From Eledone cirrhosa (taxonomy: Eukaryota), in assembly GCA_964016885.1 (NCBI GenBank), contig OZ024743.1:370884001-370948000 (forward strand): DNA of 64,000 nt, given 5' to 3'. This document shows positions 1 to 9,904 of this stretch, one piece after another. The position numbers were made by a program, and so were the translations under genes. Below the pieces are notes generated by a model. That model ran no database searches and was not told where the DNA came from. It saw only the letters and a list, made by a program, of their open reading frames with translations. How positions within the stretch are numbered: position 1 is the stretch's first letter; every line of letters begins with the position of its first letter.

Positions 1-1585
1 TGGAACGGGGGACTCTGTCGAAGGCTTTCTCCAAGTCGACGAAAGCTAAGTATAGGGGTTTACTTTTAGCTAGGTACTTCTCCTGTAGTTGTCGTACAAT
101 GAAAAGAGCGTCTGTGGTACTTTTGCCTGACACAAACCCGAACTGCATTTCATCTAGATCAATTCTCTCTCTGATTAGTTGCGCTATTACTTTTTCCGTG
201 ACCTTCATGACCTGGTCGATTAATTTAATGCCTCTATAGTTACTCCTATCTAGGGCATCTCCTTTTCCCTTATAGCAGTTAACGATGATGCTGCTACGCC
301 AGTCCTTCGGAACAACCCCATTCTGTACGACTTGGTTAACTATCCGGGTGACCATGGTGTGTCCCACCGAACCAGATGCCTTCAGCATCTCAGCAACTAT
401 TTCCGAAGGACCAGCCGCCTTACCCGTCTTCATATCTTTGATTGCCTTGCTTATTGTACTACCCTGGACTAACACTGCTGGTCCCTCTATTGGGTCGATG
501 TGGGGGAGACTTTCTTTCTCCCATTTATTCTCCTCATTTAGTAGCCTTTCATAGTGACACTTCCAAGCTACCTTCTTATCAGCGTCGGTGATGGCAAGTA
601 TGCCATCATCGTTAAGCACACACTTCTCCCCGACAATATCACGGTTTTCCTTGACACATTGCCTGGCAATCCTGAACACCTCACGTTTTTGGTCTTCACG
701 TTGTAGAACATGCTTGAACTTTCTTTCCTCTGCTTCCCTTCTTGCCAAGTACACTTGTCTCCTAGCTTCCCTCCTGGCTACCTGATAGTCTTCTCTACTT
801 CCCCCATCCCGCCATGCTTTCCAAGCCTGCTTTTGGGCCTTAATTGACTCCTCTACCTTACTGTTCCACCACCATGTTACTCTCCTCCTACCTACAGGCC
901 TGCTCCAGCCACAGACTTCGTCTGCCGCCGTCAGCAGGTTTGCTCTCAGGAATTCCCACTGTTCCTCTATATTATACGACTCTAATTGCTCTTCCTTACT
1001 GTCGAAAGCGTCAAGTAATATGCTTTGAAATTTATTTCTGGCTATGGGGTCCTTTAGCTTCCATATTTTTCTCCTGAGGACAGTCCTCTTCCGCTGTCTA
1101 GTACGTCTCGTCCTGACTATGAGGTCGCTAATTATCAGTCTATGTTGGGAGGTGAATTCTTCATGGGGGAGGGATTTAGTGTTAACAACAGACACTCTGT
1201 CACGTCTTCTGGTAAGGATATAATCTACCTGGCTTGTGTGTTCCCCCGATCTATAGGTGATCAAGTGATTGTCTCGTTTTTTGAAGTTAGTGTTACAGAT
1301 AGTTAAGTTATTTGCGTCGCAGAATTCCAGGATTCTGGAGCCTTCCTCATTTCTAGTACCGAACCCATAGCCTCCATGGATTCCGTCATAGCCGTCACAA
1401 TGCTGTCCAACGTGACCATTTAGGTCGCCTGCAATAACTATATAGTCACTGTCGGTTATTTGGGAGGTAGCGAGCATCAGTGTCTCGTAGAATCTGTCTT
1501 TTATAGCACCGGGCAGTCCGGATTGTGGTGCGTACGCAGATATTACTGTCACCGTAGTTTTATTGAGGACAAGTCTTATTTTAAT
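1..1585 (-). mobile_element. RTE-clade LINE, 5'-truncated and frameshifted; C-terminal APE endonuclease plus N-terminal RT, running off the window start
   Basis: Minus-strand translation gives APE motifs (VISAYAPQSG, GDLNGHVG, QVDYILTR) and RT motifs (YRGIKL, QFGF, FVDLEKAFDRVP). Near-identical to 36200-36820. Confidence 0.9.
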
Positions 1586-1640
1586 TATATATATAAATAT
1601 ATATATATATATAAATATATATATGTATATAAATATATGC
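1586..1640. repeat. (TA)n/TAAA microsatellite
   Basis: Seen directly. Confidence 0.95.
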
Positions 1641-1769
1641 AAAAGTTATATTTAAAATTGTTGGGTTACAACGAGTAAATATTTTATAACTGATATAAAA
1701 GCACTCAACAGTTTCTGGAGTAGGTTTACGATATTAAACAAATGGAAACTATATTTATAAAACCATATT

Positions 1770-1835
1770 TATTTCGTTATATATATTTCTGGGATATCAT
1801 GTTAAAAATATGGTATGCCTTCCTCAGACAAAATA
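1770..1835 (-). ncRNA. Minimal type I hammerhead ribozyme (left arm)
   Basis: tattttgt-CTGAGGA-[imperfect stem II]-GAAA-tatata-TA-acgaaata; 8-bp stem I and palindromic stem III. Confidence 0.7.
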
Positions 1836-2722
1836 CAATACATAAGCTGTTTTATAAATAATTTTGATATACCTTAATAATGCAACTTCCATTTAAAAAG
1901 TTGATTTGGTAGTGAAACTGTTATGACAGTTATATAGAAAGAAAAACGAAGATGAAAAGAAGAAGATGAAGAGATGTATGTAAATAAAAAAAGAAGAAGA
2001 TGAAGAGATGTATGTAAAGAAAAACAACAGAGCGAGATAGAGAGAGAAGGAGATATGGGAGAGAGAAATACATTGAGGAAGTGAAAAAATATAGTAGGCA
2101 GCTTTTGGACAGATGATCATCGTATATGTGAGAGGTTAAGGAGGGAAGGGATACAGTTAAACTAGCCGACACATAAATCACGTCCAGTGTAGAGGAGAAA
2201 AAGAAAGAAAGATGATATATTTAAAATATATTAAAAATATATCATTCATGAATACTGATATTTACATTATAATACCTAATTCATAAAAATTGATAATTCA
2301 AATGGATGAGACATAATATATTTTTAATATATTTTAAATATATCATCTTTCTTTCTTTTTCTCCTCTACACTGGACGTGATTTATGTGTCGGCTAGTTTA
2401 ACTGTATCCCTTCCCTCCTTAACCTCTCACATATACGATGATCATCTGTCCAAAAGCTGCCTACTATATTTTTTCACTTCCTCAATGTATTTCTCTCTCC
2501 CATATCTCCTTCTCTCTCTATCTCGCTCTGTTGTTTTTCTTTACATACATCTCTTCATCTTCTTCTTTTTTTATTTACATACATCTCTTCATCTTCTTCT
2601 TTTCATCTTCGTTTTTCTTTCTATATAACTGTCATAACAGTTTCACTACCAAATCAACTTTTTAAATGGAAGTTGCATTATTAAGGTATGTCAAAATTAT
2701 TTATAAAACAGCTTATGTATTG

Positions 2723-2788
2723 TATTTTGTCTGAGGAAGGCACACCATATTTTTAATATGATATCCCAGAAATATATATAACGAAATA
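2723..2788 (+). ncRNA. Minimal type I hammerhead ribozyme (right arm)
   Basis: Same motif: CTGAGGA at 2731-2737, GAAA at 2769-2772, AUA cleavage triplet. Confidence 0.7.
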
Positions 2789-2829
2789 AATATGGTTTTA
2801 TAAATATAGTTTCCATTTGTTTAATATCG

Positions 2830-2873
<44 letters not shown>

Positions 2874-2920
2874 TATATATATATAAATATATATATATAT
2901 AAATATATATATATATAAAT

Positions 2921-2991
<71 letters not shown>

Positions 2992-2994
2992 AAT

Positions 2995-3045
<51 letters not shown>

Positions 3046-3112
3046 AATATATATATAAATATATAAATATATAAATATATATATAAATATATAAATATAT
3101 ATATATATATAA
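2830..3112. repeat. (TA)n/TAAA microsatellite
   Basis: Seen directly. Confidence 0.97.
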
Positions 3113-3337
3113 ATTATTGATATATGATTATTTCTGAAGACAGCATATATATGTGAAGGTATGTATATTCTCTTTGATAGTTTGTATAATTTTGTACATA
3201 GATCTTTTGAATATGCATACCAATTCTAACACATATATGTCCTAGAAACGATCGTAAAATAATGAACATTTTCTTTGTTTATTCATTATTTTTTTAATAA
3301 TTTATATATATATAGAGTTGTAATTTATATATATATA

Positions 3338-3452
3338 GAGTTGTAATAAAATGAAAACAAAATTTCATTTCTCACTCTTAGTACGGCACTTACTTAAATG
3401 TAAGTATGTATGTATACGTACATACATATATGTATACAGACGTACAGTAGCA

Positions 3453-3528
<76 letters not shown>

Positions 3529-3916
3529 TACATACAGGTACACATACATATATGTACGCATCAGTTTAGCGGACGCTTATTATAGCGCCCGCTTTGTCCG
3601 TTTGTAAACAAACTGAACAGCCTGAATTTATGCCGCACGGTGTTAAGGCAACCACGTCACCTTTTTGTTCAACACTGACACAGGAACGATGTACTAGTTT
3701 CAAGCTTGTTAGCTATCATCAGCACCGTATACCCATCTGCCAGATAGTTGACCGTTCGAAAGTATATACTTTCCTTATGAAAATTAACGGCTGAGCAGGC
3801 TAATTTGCATATCGAGTGAGTTAAATCGGTCAGGCGCACCGAAAACGATGAGTTGTAATAAAATGAAAACAAAATTTCATTTCTCACTCTTAGTACGGCA
3901 CTTACTTAAATGTAAG
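3338..3916. repeat. 67-bp exact direct repeat (3338-3404 and 3850-3916) with a (TA)n tract at about 3456-3530 between the copies
   Basis: gagttgtaataaaatgaaaac...ttaaatgtaag occurs twice. Confidence 0.9.
3687..3727 (-). ncRNA. Minimal hammerhead ribozyme in inverted arm 3650-3738
   Basis: Reverse complement of the motif at 3926-3966. Confidence 0.8.
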
Positions 3917-3925
3917 ATGGGTATA

Positions 3926-3966
3926 CGGTGCTGATGATAGCTAACAAGCTTGAAACTAGTACATCG
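3926..3966 (+). ncRNA. Minimal hammerhead ribozyme in inverted arm 3915-4003
   Basis: cggtg-CTGATGA-tagct-aaca-agctt-GAAA-ctag-TA-catcg; canonical core, ACTAGT palindromic stem III, GUA triplet. Confidence 0.85.
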
Positions 3967-4187
3967 TTCCTATGTCAGTGTTGAACAAAAAGGTGACGTG
4001 GTTATTTTCATGTTGTATTTTAACCTGTATTTTTGATTTTTGATTGTACCTTTTAATATGAATCTAATCTCGAAGTGTGTACTGCCACTCTAAATGCTGT
4101 AATGAATGTTGACCCACAATATTTGCATATGTATCTGTATGTCTCTTGGCTGAAAAGGAGGTCATATAACTGTCCATGCATTAATAT

Positions 4188-4234
4188 TGCTCCGAAGAAT
4201 CCAAACCTCGGTTTGGAGGAAACAGCTGTAAGCA
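4188..4234 (+). ncRNA. Minimal hammerhead ribozyme with variant CCGAAGA core
   Basis: tgct-CCGAAGA-a-tccaaacc-tc-ggtttgga-g-GAAA-cagctg-TA-agca. Confidence 0.75.
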
Positions 4235-4334
4235 CAAAAATGTTTTGAACAGTTCTTTGATTCTTATACTTCATATAAATGCTCTGTAAATCATCTGATG
4301 TTTTTACATTGAGCTACTTAAATACCAGAGTGTA

Positions 4335-4868
4335 ATGTTCATCAATACAACCCCTAGAGGCGAACTAGCCTACAAATTTAGAAGGGCCCTAAATAAACAT
4401 AAACTCAATATTAAGATAGTAGAGAGATCAGGTGCCTCCGTAAAAACACTTATTAGCAAGACATACCCGTTCCAAAGACCCTCATGTATAGATAAGAAAT
4501 GTATAACCTGTAAAATAAGCCCCCATATTAACTGTAAAACTAGAAATGTAGTGTATAGCATAAGATGTACTGAAGGACAATGTAGAAACAAAAATATAGT
4601 GTACATAGGTGAGACAGCTCGTAGTATAGGGGAACGGATAAATGAACACTGGCGAGACCTTCAAGATAATAAAGAATCATCTGTACTCTACCAACATGCT
4701 AAGATAGAACACAAGGGTAAATTAGAGAACATAGAAATAAAAATAGAATCCACACACAGAAAAGATGCAATGTTTAGGCAAATTACAGAGGCAGTAAGCA
4801 TAAAAGAATTACAACCAAAATTAAATAGAAAATATGAGTGGAACAGCAACATCACAACTTACAATTAA
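4335..4868 (+). pseudogene. Duplicated C-terminal GIY-YIG segment within the upstream pseudo-LTR
   Basis: 177 aa nearly identical to the C-terminus of 5392-8925. Confidence 0.9.
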
Positions 4869-5072
4869 GGACAAAATGAAAACACACACACACATAGAAC
4901 AAACAACCAACCAACAACATGTAAATAAATCAACAAATAGATAAATGAATACAAACACACACAGACACCCGGATGTGGCGCATGCGCAAACTGAGCACAC
5001 AACACACACACAGAAACAAAATGGCGTAGGACAGAAGAAAGGAAAGGCACAGAAACAAAGAAAGGAATCCCC

Positions 5073-5117
5073 AGTCACTGAAGAGGTCACAGAGTGTGTG
5101 ACGAAAGGACTATGACT
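5073..5117 (+). ncRNA. Minimal hammerhead ribozyme in the upstream pseudo-LTR
   Basis: agtca-CTGAAGA-g-gtcac-agagtgt-gtgac-GAAA-ggac-TA-tgact. Confidence 0.75.
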
Positions 5118-5391
5118 ATATATAAACAACTATCTGGTTGTGGAACCAACCAACCAACCAGAAATTTATAAGTTTGTAGATTTGTAAATTTATAAATTTA
5201 TAAATATATAATAAATTGAAGTGAAAGCAACTGGTGCGTGTGTTTCTTATTTGCAACATGACCCTCCCAAAGTATAACAATATCGGTTTCAACACACGAT
5301 TTCAGATAAAGAATCTTGCTAAACAAATTCAGAAACGAAATATTGTAAGCCTTAGCCAGGCTAACAAGATACTGAAAACCACCATGTTCTG

Positions 5392-8300
5392 TTGTCTACG
5401 AAAAACCATAACATCTCGACAACTATCCTTCATAAAGCAGTGTGCCTCTTCCAGAATCGAATCTACACCAACACCATCAATACCGACGTTAGAAGATTAC
5501 AACTCACCAAAAAACAAGCAGATAAGCTAAAACGAACATTAATTCTAAACATAAAAAAGAAGATCTATAGAGAATTAAGTCATCAAGAAAAACAAAAGCG
5601 TAACCTAATACAAGAAATAGCTAGAATCAGCACACCAAGAGAGAAACTAATATATATAAGCCTTCAAGAATGTGATAAGCACTTTAACAGGAAACTAAAG
5701 TGGCTTAAACAAGCAAAGCTAAATCAGGATACTATAGAGTATACCAATAGATATCCCGACAAAATTGACGGTATCAACATGGCCGACACCTCATTATCAG
5801 AAGAGTTCAACAACAAAAACACCAACATTTATGGGAACGCAAAAATAGATAATGATGAAATGTCTGTGTTATGTTTGCCGCCGAAATTTGCGACATTCAA
5901 GAAGGTAAATATGATTAGTTGTCTGTCAGAAATAGAAAAATCATTTACAAAACTACGCTGGAGCATCAAAAACAAAAGCAACAATATACGCACACACATA
6001 TACAACACACATCCCAACAACAACAGACACACAGACACAAACAACAATAACAACAACACACACATCAACAACAACAACAATAGCAACATACCCAGAAACA
6101 ACAACAGACACGCAGACACAAACAACAATAACAACACACACAACAACGATAACACACACGGAGACAACAACAACACACATCAACAACAGCACACATCAAC
6201 AACAACAACACACACGCATTCAATGCCTCTCACCACCACCACAATCTTAACAAACACACAGACACAGAAAACAAGTAATGACAGTAGCACAGAAATCACA
6301 GAAATAAGGGAAAGTAATAGGATTAAAAGGAAAAGGAGATGGGAGACTAAGGACAAAGAAAATAACCAAGACGAACACACAGACACACAAAATAGGGTAG
6401 ATAACAACATTGAGCCAGTGGAAAGAGACAGGAGTAATTATGAGAGACATAGAAACAACCATGAGGCTGTTGGTGGAAATAGAAATAGAAACAACACAAC
6501 TAACAATAACAATAGCACTAGTACACATAAAGCAGCAGCCTGGAACTCTCCGTTTTATAATCCCTCCGATAAATCATTCGACCTGCGACGAGTCCACGCC
6601 ACGACTTTACCATTTAACAAACGCACGCAGTTGCCGTCGCAGGTCGATGAACAAACAGAAGCACAATTTAGTATAGCTAGATCCGAACTTAGAAATATTA
6701 TAGAACAGTATAGCAAGAAGCATAATAGAATAGAGGCCCAGCAACTGGGAGAAAAATCTGCAAATGGCTTGCGTAAGCTCATGCAGCGCTCACGTAATGG
6801 AGAGATAGCATGCTTTCCAACAGACAAGTCTGGCAGAATGTCGGTTGACAGCCTGCCAAACTACATCCAGGCAATGCAACCCCACATCACTAACACAAGA
6901 GAGGTAACACCACAGGAGCATGAGGATAGAGAAAAAGCCCTCAATGCCCATATGGTGATGTGGACGAATATAATGCAGCCCAACAAAAGGACTGCCAACA
7001 ACTTCCAGGCCTGGAACAATGACGTGCCGGCGTTGTATGGGCTTCGAAAAGACCATAAAACGGGCTGTGACCCTGTCGCGGGACCACCAACACGGCCAGT
7101 CTGTGGAGCTAACATTGCTAGTAACTACAGACTGTCCTACTTCCTCTCCCTGATCATACGCCCCATCATTGAGATGTCCCCAGATGTGTGTGACAGCACG
7201 GAGGACCTCATCAGCAGAATCGGCGTGAGTAACCGATCTGGGGACCTAACAAACTGCATAATAGGCAGTATGGATGTTGTGTCCCTGTATCCATCTATTG
7301 ACGTGGATTTTGCTGTGGAGAAATGCGTAGAAATGATCAGCGAGAGCAAGATTGAGTTCCGTGGGATTGATACCAGTGAGCTGGGACTTCTACTTAAGCT
7401 TACCCATAGTAATAGTTACCTAGACACTCATGACCTTAGCAACCTGTGCCCTACAAGACCAGCAAGAGGCAGACCACCTACCATTACCTCAATGGCCAAG
7501 AAAACCCACACAGATAGATGGAACGGGTGGACCAGAGCCATACGGACACCCGAAAACCACGATGAACTGAAGAAAATGATTGCACATGCGGTAGGGGCCA
7601 GCATAAAATTAACCCTTAAGGAACATATGTTCAAATTTAATGGAAAAACATATGCCCAAGAGGAAGGAGCAGCCATTGGTGTTAGCATTGCAGGCGACAT
7701 AGCTAACTTATTCATGGTATGGTGGGACAGTAGACTTAAACAAAAACTTAATGAACAATTAGAAGACAGCTTAACCCTGATAATGTACTCCCGCTACGTA
7801 GATGATATAAACATCATAGTTAAGACACCCCCACTAGAGAACAGTCAGGAACTAGAGAAAAACACAATGGAAAGCATCCAGCAAATAGCAAACTCCATCC
7901 ACCAGAGCATTAGAGTTACTATAGACTACCCAAGTAGACACCCCAACCATCGATTACCTGTACTAGACACAGAGCTCTGGTTAGATACCATTAACAACCA
8001 AAAACAAATCCTCCATTCCCATTATGCCAAACCCATGACTTCCAAACATTTGATCCACCGAAACTCGGCCATTTCGGACCATACCAAAATCAACATACTG
8101 ATTGCGGATTTGGTACGGGTGATGAGAAATGTGTCCCGCATGTGCAACCCCAAAGAACTAGAGAGACACATACAACACTTCATCCACCGTATGCAGTTCT
8201 CTGGCTACAATCATAGAGATCGAATCATAGTGTATAGAGGAGCCAGAACCAAATGGGTAAAAATGGTAAATAATGACATAAATGGGACCTGCCCCTTGTA

Positions 8301-8925
8301 TAGGAGCAAATTTTGGAATAGAATAGAAAGAACTAGGAACAAGGCCAATAGAATAAACTCATGGTATGATAGCAATAAATACCAGAGTGTAATGTTCATC
8401 AATACAACCCCTAGAGGCGAACTAGCCTACAAATTTAGAAGGGCCCTAAATAAACATAAACTCAATATTAAGATAGTAGAAAGACCAGGTACCTCCGTAA
8501 AAACACTTATTAGCAAGACATACCCGTTCCAAAGACCCTCATGTATAGATAAGAAATGTATAACCTGTAAAATAAGCCCCCATATTAACTGTAAAACTAG
8601 AAATGTAGTGTATAGCATAAGATGTACTGAAGGACAATGTAGAAACAAAAATATAGTGTACATAGGTGAGACAGCTCGTAGTATAGGGGAACGGATAAAT
8701 GAACACTGGCGAGACCTTCAAGATAATAAAGAATCATCTGTACTCTACCAACATGCTAAGATAGAACACAAGGGTAAATTAGAGAACATAGAAATAAAAA
8801 TAGAATCCACACACAGAAAAGATGCAATGTTTAGGCAAATTACAGAGGCAGTAAGCATAAAAGAATTACAACCAAAATTAAATAGAAAATATGAGTGGAA
8901 CAGCAACATCACAACTTACAATTAA
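5392..8925 (+). CDS. Penelope-like RT + GIY-YIG endonuclease; true start is probably ATG 5258 with a 1-nt frameshift at 5401-5405
   Basis: TDKSGR, KDHK, RPV, DVVSLYPSI, QEEGAAIG, RYVDD and LPVLD RT motifs; CxxxxCxxC linker; VVYSIRC...YIGET..R..EH and RQITEAV endonuclease motifs. Confidence 0.93.
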   Translation: MSTKNHNISTTILHKAVCLFQNRIYTNTINTDVRRLQLTKKQADKLKRTLILNIKKKIYRELSHQEKQKRNLIQEIARISTPREKLIYISLQECDKHFNRKLKWLKQAKLNQDTIEYTNRYPDKIDGINMADTSLSEEFNNKNTNIYGNAKIDNDEMSVLCLPPKFATFKKVNMISCLSEIEKSFTKLRWSIKNKSNNIRTHIYNTHPNNNRHTDTNNNNNNTHINNNNNSNIPRNNNRHADTNNNNNTHNNDNTHGDNNNTHQQQHTSTTTTHTHSMPLTTTTILTNTQTQKTSNDSSTEITEIRESNRIKRKRRWETKDKENNQDEHTDTQNRVDNNIEPVERDRSNYERHRNNHEAVGGNRNRNNTTNNNNSTSTHKAAAWNSPFYNPSDKSFDLRRVHATTLPFNKRTQLPSQVDEQTEAQFSIARSELRNIIEQYSKKHNRIEAQQLGEKSANGLRKLMQRSRNGEIACFPTDKSGRMSVDSLPNYIQAMQPHITNTREVTPQEHEDREKALNAHMVMWTNIMQPNKRTANNFQAWNNDVPALYGLRKDHKTGCDPVAGPPTRPVCGANIASNYRLSYFLSLIIRPIIEMSPDVCDSTEDLISRIGVSNRSGDLTNCIIGSMDVVSLYPSIDVDFAVEKCVEMISESKIEFRGIDTSELGLLLKLTHSNSYLDTHDLSNLCPTRPARGRPPTITSMAKKTHTDRWNGWTRAIRTPENHDELKKMIAHAVGASIKLTLKEHMFKFNGKTYAQEEGAAIGVSIAGDIANLFMVWWDSRLKQKLNEQLEDSLTLIMYSRYVDDINIIVKTPPLENSQELEKNTMESIQQIANSIHQSIRVTIDYPSRHPNHRLPVLDTELWLDTINNQKQILHSHYAKPMTSKHLIHRNSAISDHTKINILIADLVRVMRNVSRMCNPKELERHIQHFIHRMQFSGYNHRDRIIVYRGARTKWVKMVNNDINGTCPLYRSKFWNRIERTRNKANRINSWYDSNKYQSVMFINTTPRGELAYKFRRALNKHKLNIKIVERPGTSVKTLISKTYPFQRPSCIDKKCITCKISPHINCKTRNVVYSIRCTEGQCRNKNIVYIGETARSIGERINEHWRDLQDNKESSVLYQHAKIEHKGKLENIEIKIESTHRKDAMFRQITEAVSIKELQPKLNRKYEWNSNITTYN

Positions 8926-9129
8926 GGACAAAATGAAAACACACACACACATAGAACAAACAACCAACCAACAACATGTAAATAAATAAACAAATAGATA
9001 AATGAACACAAACACACACAAACACCCGGATGTGGCGGATGCGCAAACTGAGCACACAGCACACACACAGAAACAAAATGGCGTAGGACAGAAGAAAGGA
9101 AAGGCACAGAAACAAAGAAAGGAATCCCC

Positions 9130-9174
9130 AGTCACTGAAGAGGTCACAGAGTGTGTGACGAAAGGACTATGACT
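9130..9174 (+). ncRNA. Minimal hammerhead ribozyme in the downstream pseudo-LTR
   Basis: Identical to 5073-5117. Confidence 0.75.
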
Positions 9175-9401
9175 ATATATAAACAACTATCTGGTTATGG
9201 AACCAACCAACCAACCAGAAATTTATAAGTTTGTAGATTTGTAAATTTATAAATATATAATAAATTGAAGTGAAAGCAACTGGTGCGTGTGTTTCTTATT
9301 GGCAACATGACCCTCCCAAAGTATAACAATATCGGTTTCAACACACGATTTCAGATAAAGAATCTTGCTAAACAAATTCAGAAACGATATATATATATAT
9401 A

Positions 9402-9893
9402 CGGGGTAACAAATTATTGTTATAGGTAGTCCACTTAAGTGTAGTCCAGTTATGGTACTCCGGGTAGTGGATCTAAGTTGTCTAAGTTTGACTCAACAAG
9501 GCGTTTCCATAGTGATGTTGCGAGTACGCTGTAATTCCTATGTTGTAAAGACTGGGAGTAATGATAAATCAGGAAAGAAGAGTGACACAGTTTGCTATAC
9601 AAAAAAGGTTTTTAATCTCATTGCTGACAATTGTTTCTCTGAACTGGTAGGTCTAGAGATCGCTACTCGCTTGTTTTCACGTTATTCGATCACCAATACA
9701 AAGATATAACCAGTCAATTCATCGGAGCTTGTGATGAATTGACTAGTTATAACTTTGTATTGGTGATCGAATAACGTGACAACAAGCGGGTAGCGATGTC
9801 TAGACCTACCAGTTCAGAGAAACAATTGTCAGCAATGAGATTAAAAACCTTTTTTGTATAAGCAAACCGTGTCACTCTTCTTTCCTGATTTAT
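9402..9893. mobile_element. PLE-derived foldback (arms 9564-9723 and 9733-9893) between two (TA)n tracts
   Basis: About 160-bp inverted arms with a 9-nt loop; contains hammerhead motifs. Confidence 0.8.
9622..9729 (-). ncRNA. Hammerhead ribozyme with CCGATGA core and enlarged stem II
   Basis: gct-CCGATGA-attgactggt...accagttcaga-GAAA-caattg-TC-agc; a truncated plus-strand copy lies at 9733-9834. Confidence 0.65.
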
Positions 9894-9904
9894 TATATAT
9901 ATAT

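Larger units (their letters stand above)
1727..2831. mobile_element. Non-coding foldback: inverted arms 1727-2242 and 2316-2831, probably inverted PLE pseudo-LTRs
   Basis: Arms of about 515 bp are near-perfect reverse complements; the ORF track shows identical peptides on both strands. Each arm holds a hammerhead and both ends run into (TA)n. Confidence 0.85.
4319..9387 (+). mobile_element. Penelope-like retroelement, near intact, with tandem pseudo-LTRs (4319-5338 and 8376-9387)
   Basis: A direct repeat of about 1 kb with few substitutions contains the ORF 3' end, UTR, hammerhead and ORF start. Encodes RT + GIY-YIG and ends in (TA)n. Confidence 0.95.

Noticed and set aside
285-1077. Plus-strand ORFs here and similar recurring ORFs (for example MLCRSRILLL…)
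   Set aside because: They are antisense shadows of RTE coding sequence and recur only because the element is repeated.
1893-2665. Identical hydrophobic 75-aa and 83-aa ORFs on both strands
   Set aside because: They are by-products of the inverted repeat over a CT-rich tract.
4053-4274. Minus ORF with YICKYC…F…H resembling a C2H2 finger or GIY-YIG
   Set aside because: It lacks the second His and the YIG motif, and it is antisense to a hammerhead-containing pseudo-LTR whose relative at 58.8 kb keeps no such frame.
5392-8925. Selenoprotein recoding as described for some Naiad PLEs
   Set aside because: There is no in-frame TGA, the conserved Cys positions use Cys codons, and no SECIS was recognised.
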